Shown in pieces: positions 7,281-16,200 of a DNA stretch of 32,000 bases; position 1 is the stretch's first letter, and every line of letters begins with the position of its first letter. Location of the stretch: positions 1,590,001 through 1,622,000 of the forward strand of contig CBDCNV010000002.1 of the NCBI GenBank assembly GCA_965219535.1. The letters run 5' to 3'. The position numbers were made by a program, and so were the translations under genes. This DNA comes from Opitutales bacterium. GTDB lineage: Bacteria > Verrucomicrobiota > Verrucomicrobiia > Opitutales > PNEW01. The notes under the pieces were generated by a model. It ran no database searches. It was given only the letters and a program-made list of their open reading frames with translations, and was not told the DNA's origin.

Positions 7281-9500
7281 ATGAAAAAACATACTATAAA
7301 ACTAATTTCGCTTTTGATACTTTTTCTTTATCTACCGGCACGCCTCTATGCCCTTCCACAAGATTTGGAGGTGTTCACAGATTTCGAGAACGTCAGCGGA
7401 GAAGGGACTATCTTCATTGGCCAGGAGCCAAACTTTATCACCCTGACAGGTTTCACGGTGGAAACATTAGAGGATCCTGCTCAACTACATTCAGGAACAA
7501 AGGCTTTAACCCTTGGACCGGGACAGGAGGGAAGGATAATCTCATCAAGAGGAATACAGTTTCTCGAATTTTATGCGGGCGAATCAACAGGTGGGGGCAA
7601 AATGGAGATTAGGGGAGAACTGCAACCGGAACTCGGGCTAGATGACGTTCCAATTAACGTCGTCATCGGCGTAGGAGGTGTGATCGATGGTTTCCCGGCA
7701 AATATCAGCCCTGGCGCCAATCCCCCCTTATACAGTTTTGTCGCCGACAGCGGGTTTTTTCAGGATACTACCGATTTTAATTTTCTCAGCGGTATGCAGG
7801 AAGTGAAATTTTTTAATGTAGCAGGAAAATTCGTCCTCGACGACCTGGGATTTACTCTGACCGAATTTCCGTCAAACAACACTGTTTTCGAAAATTTTGA
7901 CGATATTGGCGTAGGGACAGAGTTATTGGTCCTGGGGACTCCGCCCAATACCGCAACCTTTGATGGAGGAATGGTTATCGTCCGGTTTTCAGGCAATCTC
8001 GTTTATGTGCGCTCGTATCGTCATTCTTATGGAATATTTAATGGAGGGGAGGCAACGATTACCTTTGAAACTCCAGCCTATGAAATAGATTTTTTCGGAG
8101 CTACCACCGTGGGTGCTGGCAGTACCGATCCCAACGGCGCTATTGAAGTCTATGATACGAACGATAACTTACTGGCAACCTTTTCAGATTTAGAAGGAAG
8201 TATTCAAGCTGAGTTCAAACCCGCTTTTTTAACGATTAATGCGGATGAACTGGGAGCCCCCGGCGGCATTAGCAGGTTGGTGATGAAGGATGATCCCAAT
8301 GTTAGCGCTGCTTTCAGTCGTACTACCGTCGATGATTTTGGATTTACTCCGATCGGCGCCCCGGGCACTGGCTCCGAGGGTCCCCCGCCCGCGGATGCTC
8401 CTTCGATCACCACCCAGCCCGCGAGCCAGGAAGTCGCATCCGGTGCTTCGGCGAGCTTGTCCGTTGCCGCCAGCGGTGACGATCTTACTTACCAGTGGTT
8501 TACCGGTAACAGCGGTGACACCGCAGCCCCCGTCGCTGGAGCGACAGCCGGAACTTTAGACACAGGTGCTCTCACCGTGAGCACGAGTTTCTGGGTGCAG
8601 ATTACTAACGCTGGTGGGACTGCAAACAGCGAAACTGCAGTCATCACCGTAGCCGCACCTTCAGTACCTCTCGTTCTCGATGGCTCGGGCGACATCGCGG
8701 GTGAAAACATCCAGCATGCCAACGGTAATGTCTTCGATCAGATTTTACTCACCGGGGAGTCCGTCCAACTCCAGGCCAAGCCGGGACAGATCACCCGCGT
8801 CTCCTTCATGGACGAAAACGAGGACATCGTACAGGTAGAATTTTCAGGCAACGGTACCTTTACCGTAACCCTCGATCCAGCCACCTTCCTGCCGCCAGCT
8901 GTTCCCCCACGCTACAACCAGTCCGTAGAGTATGTGACGGGTAAACCGAGCGTGGTCATCGACGGAGCAGACGCCAATACCTTCTTCAGTATCTTCACCG
9001 TGGGGAGGATCAACGCGTTTAACCAGGCCCTCTTCCCCGAAGGACAAGTCTATGACGCCCAAGCGGACGTAAGCCTCGTGGAAGTCGTTAATTCCACGGG
9101 ACTGGGAGGGGTGCAGCTTTCAAACACCGTCTTCAGTGGAAGTACCGGAAGAGTGGGTGTGGTTGCGCGCGGAGTTTCGATCGCGGTACGCTTAACGATT
9201 GGTGATATCGATGCCAGTGGCGATGCGGTACCTCACATATTGTTTGGCTCAGGCTCCTTCACGGTACCCGCGGGCAACCCCGGGTTACGCATCACCGGTG
9301 GAGACTTACTGCAGACAAATGGAGCCGCGGTCGTAGTCGCGGAGAGTGGATCGACAACGACAGGATTCGATACCTTGATCACACAGAACAATTTTAAATC
9401 GGACAACACACCTCAGCCGACCCTGAGCGTTGACGCTACCTTCTCCAACGAGGACGGAGATGCGATCGAAGTGGTTATTGATGAGATCACGATAGAGTGA
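7281..9500 (+). CDS. Secreted Ig-like-domain protein, paralog 1 (739 aa)
   Basis: Signal peptide MKKHTIKLISLLILFLYLPARLYA. There is an Ig-like module ITTQPASQEVASGASASLSVAASGDDLTYQWFTGNSGD...WVQITNAGGTANSETAVITV. The C-terminal ~360 aa are near-identical to 12371..14578. Confidence 0.9.
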   Translation: MKKHTIKLISLLILFLYLPARLYALPQDLEVFTDFENVSGEGTIFIGQEPNFITLTGFTVETLEDPAQLHSGTKALTLGPGQEGRIISSRGIQFLEFYAGESTGGGKMEIRGELQPELGLDDVPINVVIGVGGVIDGFPANISPGANPPLYSFVADSGFFQDTTDFNFLSGMQEVKFFNVAGKFVLDDLGFTLTEFPSNNTVFENFDDIGVGTELLVLGTPPNTATFDGGMVIVRFSGNLVYVRSYRHSYGIFNGGEATITFETPAYEIDFFGATTVGAGSTDPNGAIEVYDTNDNLLATFSDLEGSIQAEFKPAFLTINADELGAPGGISRLVMKDDPNVSAAFSRTTVDDFGFTPIGAPGTGSEGPPPADAPSITTQPASQEVASGASASLSVAASGDDLTYQWFTGNSGDTAAPVAGATAGTLDTGALTVSTSFWVQITNAGGTANSETAVITVAAPSVPLVLDGSGDIAGENIQHANGNVFDQILLTGESVQLQAKPGQITRVSFMDENEDIVQVEFSGNGTFTVTLDPATFLPPAVPPRYNQSVEYVTGKPSVVIDGADANTFFSIFTVGRINAFNQALFPEGQVYDAQADVSLVEVVNSTGLGGVQLSNTVFSGSTGRVGVVARGVSIAVRLTIGDIDASGDAVPHILFGSGSFTVPAGNPGLRITGGDLLQTNGAAVVVAESGSTTTGFDTLITQNNFKSDNTPQPTLSVDATFSNEDGDAIEVVIDEITIE
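8400..9500 (+). repeat. High-identity 1.1-kb duplicated segment (partner 13480-14578)
   Basis: Hand alignment shows scattered third-position differences only across most of the segment. The N-terminal halves of the two genes are far more diverged. Confidence 0.85.
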
Positions 9501-9564
9501 TCTCATCAATAAGTGTTAAGTTTTAGGTGTTAAGTGTTAAGTAAAGAGAGGTACAAGGTACAAC

Positions 9565-10922
9565 CAGGACATGGTTTACAGATTTAGATCAAGACATGGT
9601 TTACACTTTGTGAGGGATGCTGAACGGTAATCGGGTTATATAGTTAAGTTAATGTTATGCGGTTTTAGAGGTTTGGCTGGCATTGTTGGGGCCGCAAGCG
9701 GCCCCAATGAAAGCAGCCGTTGAAAGGTCAATCTGACCGATTCTGAGAGTGGCAAAGTAAACATCGAAGTGTACCGTGTCTAGTGGTTTTAGTCCAACGC
9801 TCCAACCGGCGAGGGCGGTGGAGATAGGAATCTGGAAGCCATCGAGTTTGATAGACCCGCTTTTTGAGACCCGGCGAGTCATCAAATCATAGCTGATATC
9901 GGCAGGAGTGCCACCGTAAGGATGAGAGCTGTGCTGATAGATTTCAGAGGGCGTGCTCATGGCAAGAGCCGCATGGGGGCGTTCTTCATTGAAGGTCTTG
10001 CGCCACAGATCGAAGGCCACCTGTTGGGTGCGAAGATCGTCCTGGGCATGTTTTTGCAACTCCTCTTTGATATCGCGATGGAGACGCTCATGGGCACCGT
10101 TATCCTGGGGTTTACCCGGACGTCCACGCTCGAGATTGATCCCTAAGGCCAGCCACCAGGCCGCCAGTTTGCTCAGGCCCAGGACCGCATTGGCACTGGC
10201 AAAGGGACTGCCGTTGTCGCTGCGGATGCAAGCGGGAAGTCCATAGCGTTCAAAGAGTTTTGTGAAGCATTCACGCACCGCTTCGCTACGGGCTGAACTG
10301 AGCACCCGCACCTCTAATACATAGCGGCTCCATTCATCCCGTACCGTCAAAGGTTCACAACGGTTGCCATCAACGGTGTGCCACCACCCTTTGAAGTCTA
10401 CGCTCCACACTTCGTTACAGCCACTGGCCTTGACGCTGCGGTAAAGGCGTCCGCTTTTTTGAGCGCTTCTGCGCCGACGCTTTTGCACCAGTCCCGCACG
10501 TTCCAAGACCCGTTTCACGCTCGAGTCTGAGGGGGCCTTCCCGTAACGCCTCTGGTAAAGCTCGCGGATCTTGTAGGGGCCCCACGTCGGGTGATGATGC
10601 TTGAGTTTGATCAGCGTACATACTACTGATTCGGATAGTTCCTGAACACTTCCATGCGGTCGGCGTGAGCGCTCGTGCAACCCCTCCATCCCTTCGCTCA
10701 GGAAGCGCTTCTTCCATTTATACCCTGTCGGTCGGCTGATCCCGTAGTCTTCACACAGCTCGTTCATCTTTACTCCCGGTTGCATCGATTCCAGGGCGAA
10801 TTGGTATCTTTGGTCCATTTTATTTGTTTCCTTCCATGACATCATACCCCTTACTTAGCATCCTTCTTTCTTTGGCAATCTGTAAAGGATGTCCTGAACC
10901 TTTTGTGTAAAGAATGTCTTGA
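9565..10922 (-). mobile_element. IS481-family insertion sequence (~1.36 kb)
   Basis: It carries the 396-aa DDE transposase. Each end has two ~17-bp units in inverted orientation: left caggacatggtttaca (9565-9580) and caagacatggtttaca (9590-9605), right tgtaaaggatgtcctg (10882-10897) and tgtaaagaatgtcttg (10907-10922). The trinucleotide aac flanks both ends (9562-9564 and 10923-10925). Confidence 0.8.
9655..10845 (-). CDS. IS481-family transposase (rve/DDE integrase core)
   Basis: N-terminal HTH (MNELCEDYGISRPTGYKWKKRF). DDE-core signatures are WSVDFKGWW, CIRSDNGSPFAS and GRPGKPQDNGAHERLHRDIKEE. Confidence 0.9.
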   Translation of the reverse strand: MMSWKETNKMDQRYQFALESMQPGVKMNELCEDYGISRPTGYKWKKRFLSEGMEGLHERSRRPHGSVQELSESVVCTLIKLKHHHPTWGPYKIRELYQRRYGKAPSDSSVKRVLERAGLVQKRRRRSAQKSGRLYRSVKASGCNEVWSVDFKGWWHTVDGNRCEPLTVRDEWSRYVLEVRVLSSARSEAVRECFTKLFERYGLPACIRSDNGSPFASANAVLGLSKLAAWWLALGINLERGRPGKPQDNGAHERLHRDIKEELQKHAQDDLRTQQVAFDLWRKTFNEERPHAALAMSTPSEIYQHSSHPYGGTPADISYDLMTRRVSKSGSIKLDGFQIPISTALAGWSVGLKPLDTVHFDVYFATLRIGQIDLSTAAFIGAACGPNNASQTSKTA

Positions 10923-11077
10923 ACCTATACCCAGGATTTATGTTTGAAAGATGTCGTCCCGCAGTTTCGGGACGAGATATTACAAGCGCAACCTGATCCC
11001 TTTCTTATTTTGATAATTATGATAGAGCGCTGTAGTGAAGTCGTAACCAGGCAGCTGTTCCATACTCAAGGAGCAAC

Positions 11078-12241
11078 ATGAACACAACAGAACAGCACTT
11101 CGTCGCCAAAGCAATCACCCAAGGCCCCAAGCACCACTTCTTTGGCTACTATGGTATCTGTCCTTGGGATGCCACAGGTCAGTACGTCCTCTGTTTGGAG
11201 TCGGATTTCCACGACCGGCCACCGGGCGCAGGGGACACGGCCGTAGTCGGTTTGGTAGAACTGGCATCGGGCAAATTCGAACCGCTGGCGGAAACCCAGG
11301 CCTGGAATTTGCAGCAAGGCTGTATGTTACATTGGCTGCCCACCGCACCGGATCGCCTGATCACCTATAATGACCTGCAGGATGATCGGTTTGTCAGCGT
11401 GGTACTCGACATTCATTCGAGTGAGAAACGCATTCTTCCCCATCCCATCAGTGCGCTGAGTCGTGATGGCCGCCAGGCGCTGAGCCTCAACTATGCTCGA
11501 CTCAAGTCGCTACGTCCGGTGGTCGGTTACGCCGGCTTGCCTGACCCCTTTGCCGATCAGAACCACCCCACCGACGATGGGATTTATCTGATGAATATAG
11601 AAACCGGCCAGACCAAAGTCTTGGTCTCATACGAAGATGTGCGGGCTTTCTTCAGTGACAATTCTGAAGTCCAGAGCCATAAATTATGGTTCAATCACAC
11701 CGTTATCAATCGAGACGACACTCGGGTTGCCTTTGTCGTACGCTGGAATGAGCCAGGGATTGAGATCAAGCACACCATCCTCATGTCAGCCAGCCTGGAG
11801 GGCGGCGATCTGCGTGTGCTGACAGACTTGTGTGCCTCCCACTTCGACTGGCAGACATCAGAAATTCTTTTTGGCTGGGTCATGATGCCGGAGGGATACC
11901 ACTATTACTTGATCAACGACAACAGCGGCGAATATCAGGTAGTTCGACCTGATATCCTGACCAAAAATGGTCACTGTAGCTTCACCCGAGATGGCACCTG
12001 GCTTCTGACGGATGAATCCCCGGACAAGGAGAATCGCCAAACCTTAATGCTGTGGCACATGCTCGAAGAGCGCCGGGTCGTTCTGGGGCGTTTTCTAGCT
12101 CCCCCGCCATTTAGAGGCGAAATCCGCTGTGATCTGCATCCCCGCTGGAGTCGGAATGAAACGCAGGTTTGCTTTGATTCGATTCACGATGGGACGCGGC
12201 AGGTTTATGTGGTGGATGTGTCCGCAGCCGTTAACGTATAA
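11078..12241 (+). CDS. Beta-propeller protein (TolB-like / PL22 oligogalacturonate-lyase-like fold)
   Basis: 387-aa ORF with an AGGAG-type SD (caaggagcaacATG). HHFFGYYGICPWD near the N-terminus and the C-terminal CDLHPRWSRNETQVCFDSIHDGTRQVYVVDV resemble the last blade of Ogl/TolB-like propellers as I recall them. The function is uncertain. Confidence 0.8.
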   Translation: MNTTEQHFVAKAITQGPKHHFFGYYGICPWDATGQYVLCLESDFHDRPPGAGDTAVVGLVELASGKFEPLAETQAWNLQQGCMLHWLPTAPDRLITYNDLQDDRFVSVVLDIHSSEKRILPHPISALSRDGRQALSLNYARLKSLRPVVGYAGLPDPFADQNHPTDDGIYLMNIETGQTKVLVSYEDVRAFFSDNSEVQSHKLWFNHTVINRDDTRVAFVVRWNEPGIEIKHTILMSASLEGGDLRVLTDLCASHFDWQTSEILFGWVMMPEGYHYYLINDNSGEYQVVRPDILTKNGHCSFTRDGTWLLTDESPDKENRQTLMLWHMLEERRVVLGRFLAPPPFRGEIRCDLHPRWSRNETQVCFDSIHDGTRQVYVVDVSAAVNV

Positions 12242-12370
12242 ATCGCCTATAGCCCTCGACTGTTACCAAGTTATGTTTATACAAGTGGCTACCCAACCCG
12301 TCAAAAAATACCCAAATAAGCGGTTAGTGCTTGCGCTGATATTTGGCACTTCCACAATCGTTATTACAGC

Positions 12371-14578
12371 ATGAGAAGAAAACCTATAAAAATAATTCCG
12401 TTTCTGATTGTTTTACTCTATTTACCGGTGATTCTGTCGGCTCTACCTCAAGATCTGGAGGTGTTCATAGATTTCGAGGACATAAGCGGTGAAGGTGAAT
12501 TTTTCATTGGGGAAGAACCCAACAGAATCAAGTTAGTTGGCTTTACGGTGGAGACTTTAGAGGATCCTGCGCTCTTACATTCCGGAACAAAGGCTTTAAC
12601 CCTCGGCCCAGGACAGGAGGGAAGGATCGTCTATGAAAGGGGGATTGATGAAATTGAATTCTACGTAGCTGAAAACACGGGCGCGGGTAAGATCGAGGCT
12701 CGAGGTTGGCAATTAATCCCAGATACATTAGATTTAATAACCCTAATATCGCCGCAGTATGTAGTAACTGGATTACCGACCAGTATCAACCCTGATAGCA
12801 ATCCTTCGGTGCAACGGTTCGTCGCGGTCAGAGATGATTTTCGGGATTTAGGCTTCATCGGCTACTTTGATGGTATAGCTGAAATTAAGTTCTTTAATGT
12901 CACGGGAAAATTAGTCATCGATGATCTTGGTATTACCCCTTCAGATGAGCCAAGGAATAATACCGTGTATACGACATTTTGTGAATTCAACGAAGCAGAA
13001 CAAGAAATTACGGTTGGATCATCTCCTAATGCCGCCACGTTTACTGATGGCTTTGTAAGAGTAGGTGAATTGGGAAATCAACGCCGATCATGCAACCTCT
13101 GGAGAGTGCTAAATGGTGAAACCTCAACGATCACTTTTGAAACCCCAGCAGCGCGCGTTCAATTTTATGCCACAGCGGTATTTAACACAGCAACACAAGG
13201 CGGAAGTGACGGTACTATTGAGGTATTTGACACTGAAGATAATTTGCTCATTACGCTCGAAAATTTCCCGGCGGATATTCGAGAAGATTCCCTTCCTCTT
13301 AATTTTAAATTGGTTGCCAGTGAATTGGGAGCCGTGGGCGGCATTGCCAAAATGACTTTAAGCGATAAGGAGAATGTAAATCCATCGTTCAGCCTAACTG
13401 GTATCGCAGACTTCGGCTTTACCCCTATCGGAACACCCGGTTTCGATAGCGGCGGCGAACCGCCCCCCGCAAACGGTCCCTCCATTACCACCCAGCCCGC
13501 GAGCCAGGAAGTTGCATCCGGCGCTTCTGCCAGCTTGTCTGTCACCGCCAGCGGCGACGACCTCACTTACCAGTGGTTTACCGGTAACAGCGGGGATACT
13601 GCCAGTCCCGTTGCGGGCGCGACTGCTGGGACTTTAGACACGGGTGCTCTCTCAGTGAGCACGAGCTTCTGGGTACAGGTTACTAACACGGGCGGCACCG
13701 CGAACAGTGAAATAGCGGTAATCACTGTAGCAGCAGCCTCCGTCCCCCTCGTCCTCGATGGCTCGGGCGACATCGCAGGTGAAAACATTCAGCATGCCAA
13801 CGGAAATGTCTTCGACCAGATTTTACTCACTGGAGAGTCCGTCCAGCTCCAGGCCAAGCCGGGACAGATCACCCGCGTCTCCTTCATGGACGAAAACGAG
13901 GACATTGTACAGGTAGAATTTTCAGGCAATGGTACCTTTACCGTAACCCTGGATCCAGCCACCTTCCTGCCGCCAGCTGTTCCCCCACGCTACAACCAGT
14001 CCGTAGAGTATGTGACGGGTAAACCGAGTGTAGTCATCGACGGAGCAGACGCCAATACCTTCTTCAGTATCTTCACCGTGGGGAGGATCAACGCCTTTAA
14101 CCAGGCCCTCTTCCCCGAAGGACAGGTCTATGACGCCCAGGCAGACGTGAGTCTCGTGGAAGTAGTCAATTCCACAGGACTTGGAGGGGTGCAGCTGTCG
14201 AATACCGTCTTCAGTGGAAGCACAGGAAGAGTGGGAGTGGATGCGCGCGGAGTGCCGATTGCGGTGCGCTTAACGATTGGCGATATCGATGCCAGTGGCG
14301 ATGCGGTACCGCAAATATTGTTTGGCTCAGGCTCCTTCACGGTACCCGCGGGCAACCCCGGGTTACGCATCACCGGTGGAGACTTACTGCAGACAAATGG
14401 AGCCGCGGTCGTAGTCGCGGAGAGTGGATCGACAACGACAGGATTCGATACTTTGATCACACAGAACAATTTCAAGTCTGACAACACGCCTCAACCGACT
14501 CAGAGTATTACTGCCACGTTCGCTAATGAGGATGGTGATGACATTACCGTAACAATAGATGAGATTACGATAGAGTGA
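12371..14578 (+). CDS. Secreted Ig-like-domain protein, paralog 2 (735 aa)
   Basis: Signal peptide MRRKPIKIIPFLIVLLYLPVILSA and the same architecture as 7281..9500. The last ~35 nt before the ATG are also conserved: tatttggca...aatcgt.at..cagcATG. Confidence 0.9.
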   Translation: MRRKPIKIIPFLIVLLYLPVILSALPQDLEVFIDFEDISGEGEFFIGEEPNRIKLVGFTVETLEDPALLHSGTKALTLGPGQEGRIVYERGIDEIEFYVAENTGAGKIEARGWQLIPDTLDLITLISPQYVVTGLPTSINPDSNPSVQRFVAVRDDFRDLGFIGYFDGIAEIKFFNVTGKLVIDDLGITPSDEPRNNTVYTTFCEFNEAEQEITVGSSPNAATFTDGFVRVGELGNQRRSCNLWRVLNGETSTITFETPAARVQFYATAVFNTATQGGSDGTIEVFDTEDNLLITLENFPADIREDSLPLNFKLVASELGAVGGIAKMTLSDKENVNPSFSLTGIADFGFTPIGTPGFDSGGEPPPANGPSITTQPASQEVASGASASLSVTASGDDLTYQWFTGNSGDTASPVAGATAGTLDTGALSVSTSFWVQVTNTGGTANSEIAVITVAAASVPLVLDGSGDIAGENIQHANGNVFDQILLTGESVQLQAKPGQITRVSFMDENEDIVQVEFSGNGTFTVTLDPATFLPPAVPPRYNQSVEYVTGKPSVVIDGADANTFFSIFTVGRINAFNQALFPEGQVYDAQADVSLVEVVNSTGLGGVQLSNTVFSGSTGRVGVDARGVPIAVRLTIGDIDASGDAVPQILFGSGSFTVPAGNPGLRITGGDLLQTNGAAVVVAESGSTTTGFDTLITQNNFKSDNTPQPTQSITATFANEDGDDITVTIDEITIE
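13480..14578 (+). repeat. High-identity 1.1-kb duplicated segment (partner 8400-9500)
   Basis: See 8400-9500. Confidence 0.85.
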
Positions 14579-15076
14579 GGCGATTGCGGATTGCCGAATT
14601 TAGATTGACGATTGAAATACCTTGTCATCGCGAGGCTGCTTGTCAGCCGTGGCGATCCAGGGGACTGTCGGTTGCGTTTATTCATTCGCCTGGAATGGAA
14701 GATGTCGGACTTCGTCCTCGGAAGCCACGTCGCGTTGCTCCTCGCAATGACAATAAAAAAAATCCACATTCTGCAATCCGACATCCTGAATACTGCATCG
14801 TGCATCCGGTAACTTGCAGCATGCATCATAAATCAATCGACCACCGCTATCGCGTAGGCAACATCCACCATTGATAATTTAAATAACTTTTTAGGCGATG
14901 AGGGTTGAAAGTTGAAGGCCATATCAATTGCGAATTGCGGATTGATATAGAATGCAAGGAACAAAATAACCCTAACGACTTTCTTTCCACCTATATTTAA
15001 TTTCTACCTTTGACTCTAATTCTCCACCTCCCTAAAACTTAAAACCTAACACTGAAAAATCCATAATTTTTTCATT

Positions 15077-15871
15077 ATGTTGACTCCAGAACAAATAGCA
15101 CACTTTGAAACCTTTGGTTTTCTTTTTATGCGGCAGGTTTTCTCTTCACAGGAGATGGAAAAGTTTACACGCGAAGCTGAAAAACTGTGGGAGGAGTATC
15201 GTCGCAATGAGGCCGTAGGTGATGATGGTATACACATGAATTATTTCGCGGAAACGAGTCCAGTATTAACCGAACTGGTGGATGATGACCGAATATTTCA
15301 ACCCGCTGAACAATTGCTTGGACCCGATTTTATCTGGTTTGGATCTGAAGGGAATGTTACGAAAAGAGCCGTCCATAAATGGCATTCGGACCGTAAATGC
15401 TGGCGAAAAGAGGAAGAAGAAGATGTAAGTTATCGCCGCCTGAAAATTATGCTCTATCTTGACCCGGTCACGAAAGATACCGGCTGTCTCCGCATTATTC
15501 CTGGTTCACATCAGATGCCTTTTCATCAGGAACTGGGGGCCCAGGAAATGGATCCACAATCGATGCCATTTGGTGCACTTGGAGAAGATCTTCCTTGTTA
15601 TTCACTGGAGTCAGATCCGGGCGACGTTGTTTTATTTAATCAATGCCTCTTTCACAGCGTCTTCGGTGGCTGGGAAGGTCGCCGCATCATCGCCTTAAAA
15701 TTAGCGGCACACCCAACTAACGATCGTGACCTCAATGCGCTTAATAATACATCATCAATTTACTACGCCAGGAGTAAAGTTTTCCGACCCCATCAAAATT
15801 TTCTCAATAGTAAACGACCGCGTATTCGAGGTATGGTTGAAAATCTCGTCGAGCTTGGTGCGAAAATTTAA
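15077..15871 (+). CDS. Phytanoyl-CoA dioxygenase (PhyH) family Fe(II)/2-oxoglutarate oxygenase
   Basis: 264-aa ORF with LTPEQIAHFETFGFLFMRQVF, HKWHSD (HxD), IIPGSHQ and LFHSVF. Confidence 0.85.
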   Translation: MLTPEQIAHFETFGFLFMRQVFSSQEMEKFTREAEKLWEEYRRNEAVGDDGIHMNYFAETSPVLTELVDDDRIFQPAEQLLGPDFIWFGSEGNVTKRAVHKWHSDRKCWRKEEEEDVSYRRLKIMLYLDPVTKDTGCLRIIPGSHQMPFHQELGAQEMDPQSMPFGALGEDLPCYSLESDPGDVVLFNQCLFHSVFGGWEGRRIIALKLAAHPTNDRDLNALNNTSSIYYARSKVFRPHQNFLNSKRPRIRGMVENLVELGAKI

Positions 15872-16200
15872 CATAACTTAAAAAGGGTCAGGCTTCGCAT
15901 ATCAGCAAAATAAATTGTGCGAGTAAGTGAAGCGCTTGCGATCGAATAACTTTTATAAAAATCTATGCCTACGTATACATTATTTTTCATCTTCAGGGAT
16001 TCCTTCGGTTAGGTGTTTTTGTCGCAATCAAAGATTTTTCTTTTCATGTTACGTGATCCTTCTTTATTGCAAACTGATACAAACGCGCTGAGGACAGCAC
16101 GTTCCACCATTTATTAAATAGTAATTCTTATATACCGCGATCGCGTCTGCAACGTTATGACTATTTGACCTTTTGACTTTTTGACGGGGGAATGTTCGCT

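Noticed and set aside
9511-9560. CRISPR-like or other array from gtgttaag x3 and ggtacaa x2
   Set aside because: The units are only 7-8 nt and directly adjacent, with no spacers. No cas genes or longer repeats are present anywhere in the window.
14500-14874. ORFs 14500..14829(-), 14575..14874(+) and 14612..14812(+)
   Set aside because: They overlap one another on both strands within the repeat-dense intergenic region. Their translations are Arg/Ser/His-rich noise. The first also overlaps the 3' end of the well-supported paralog 2 gene.
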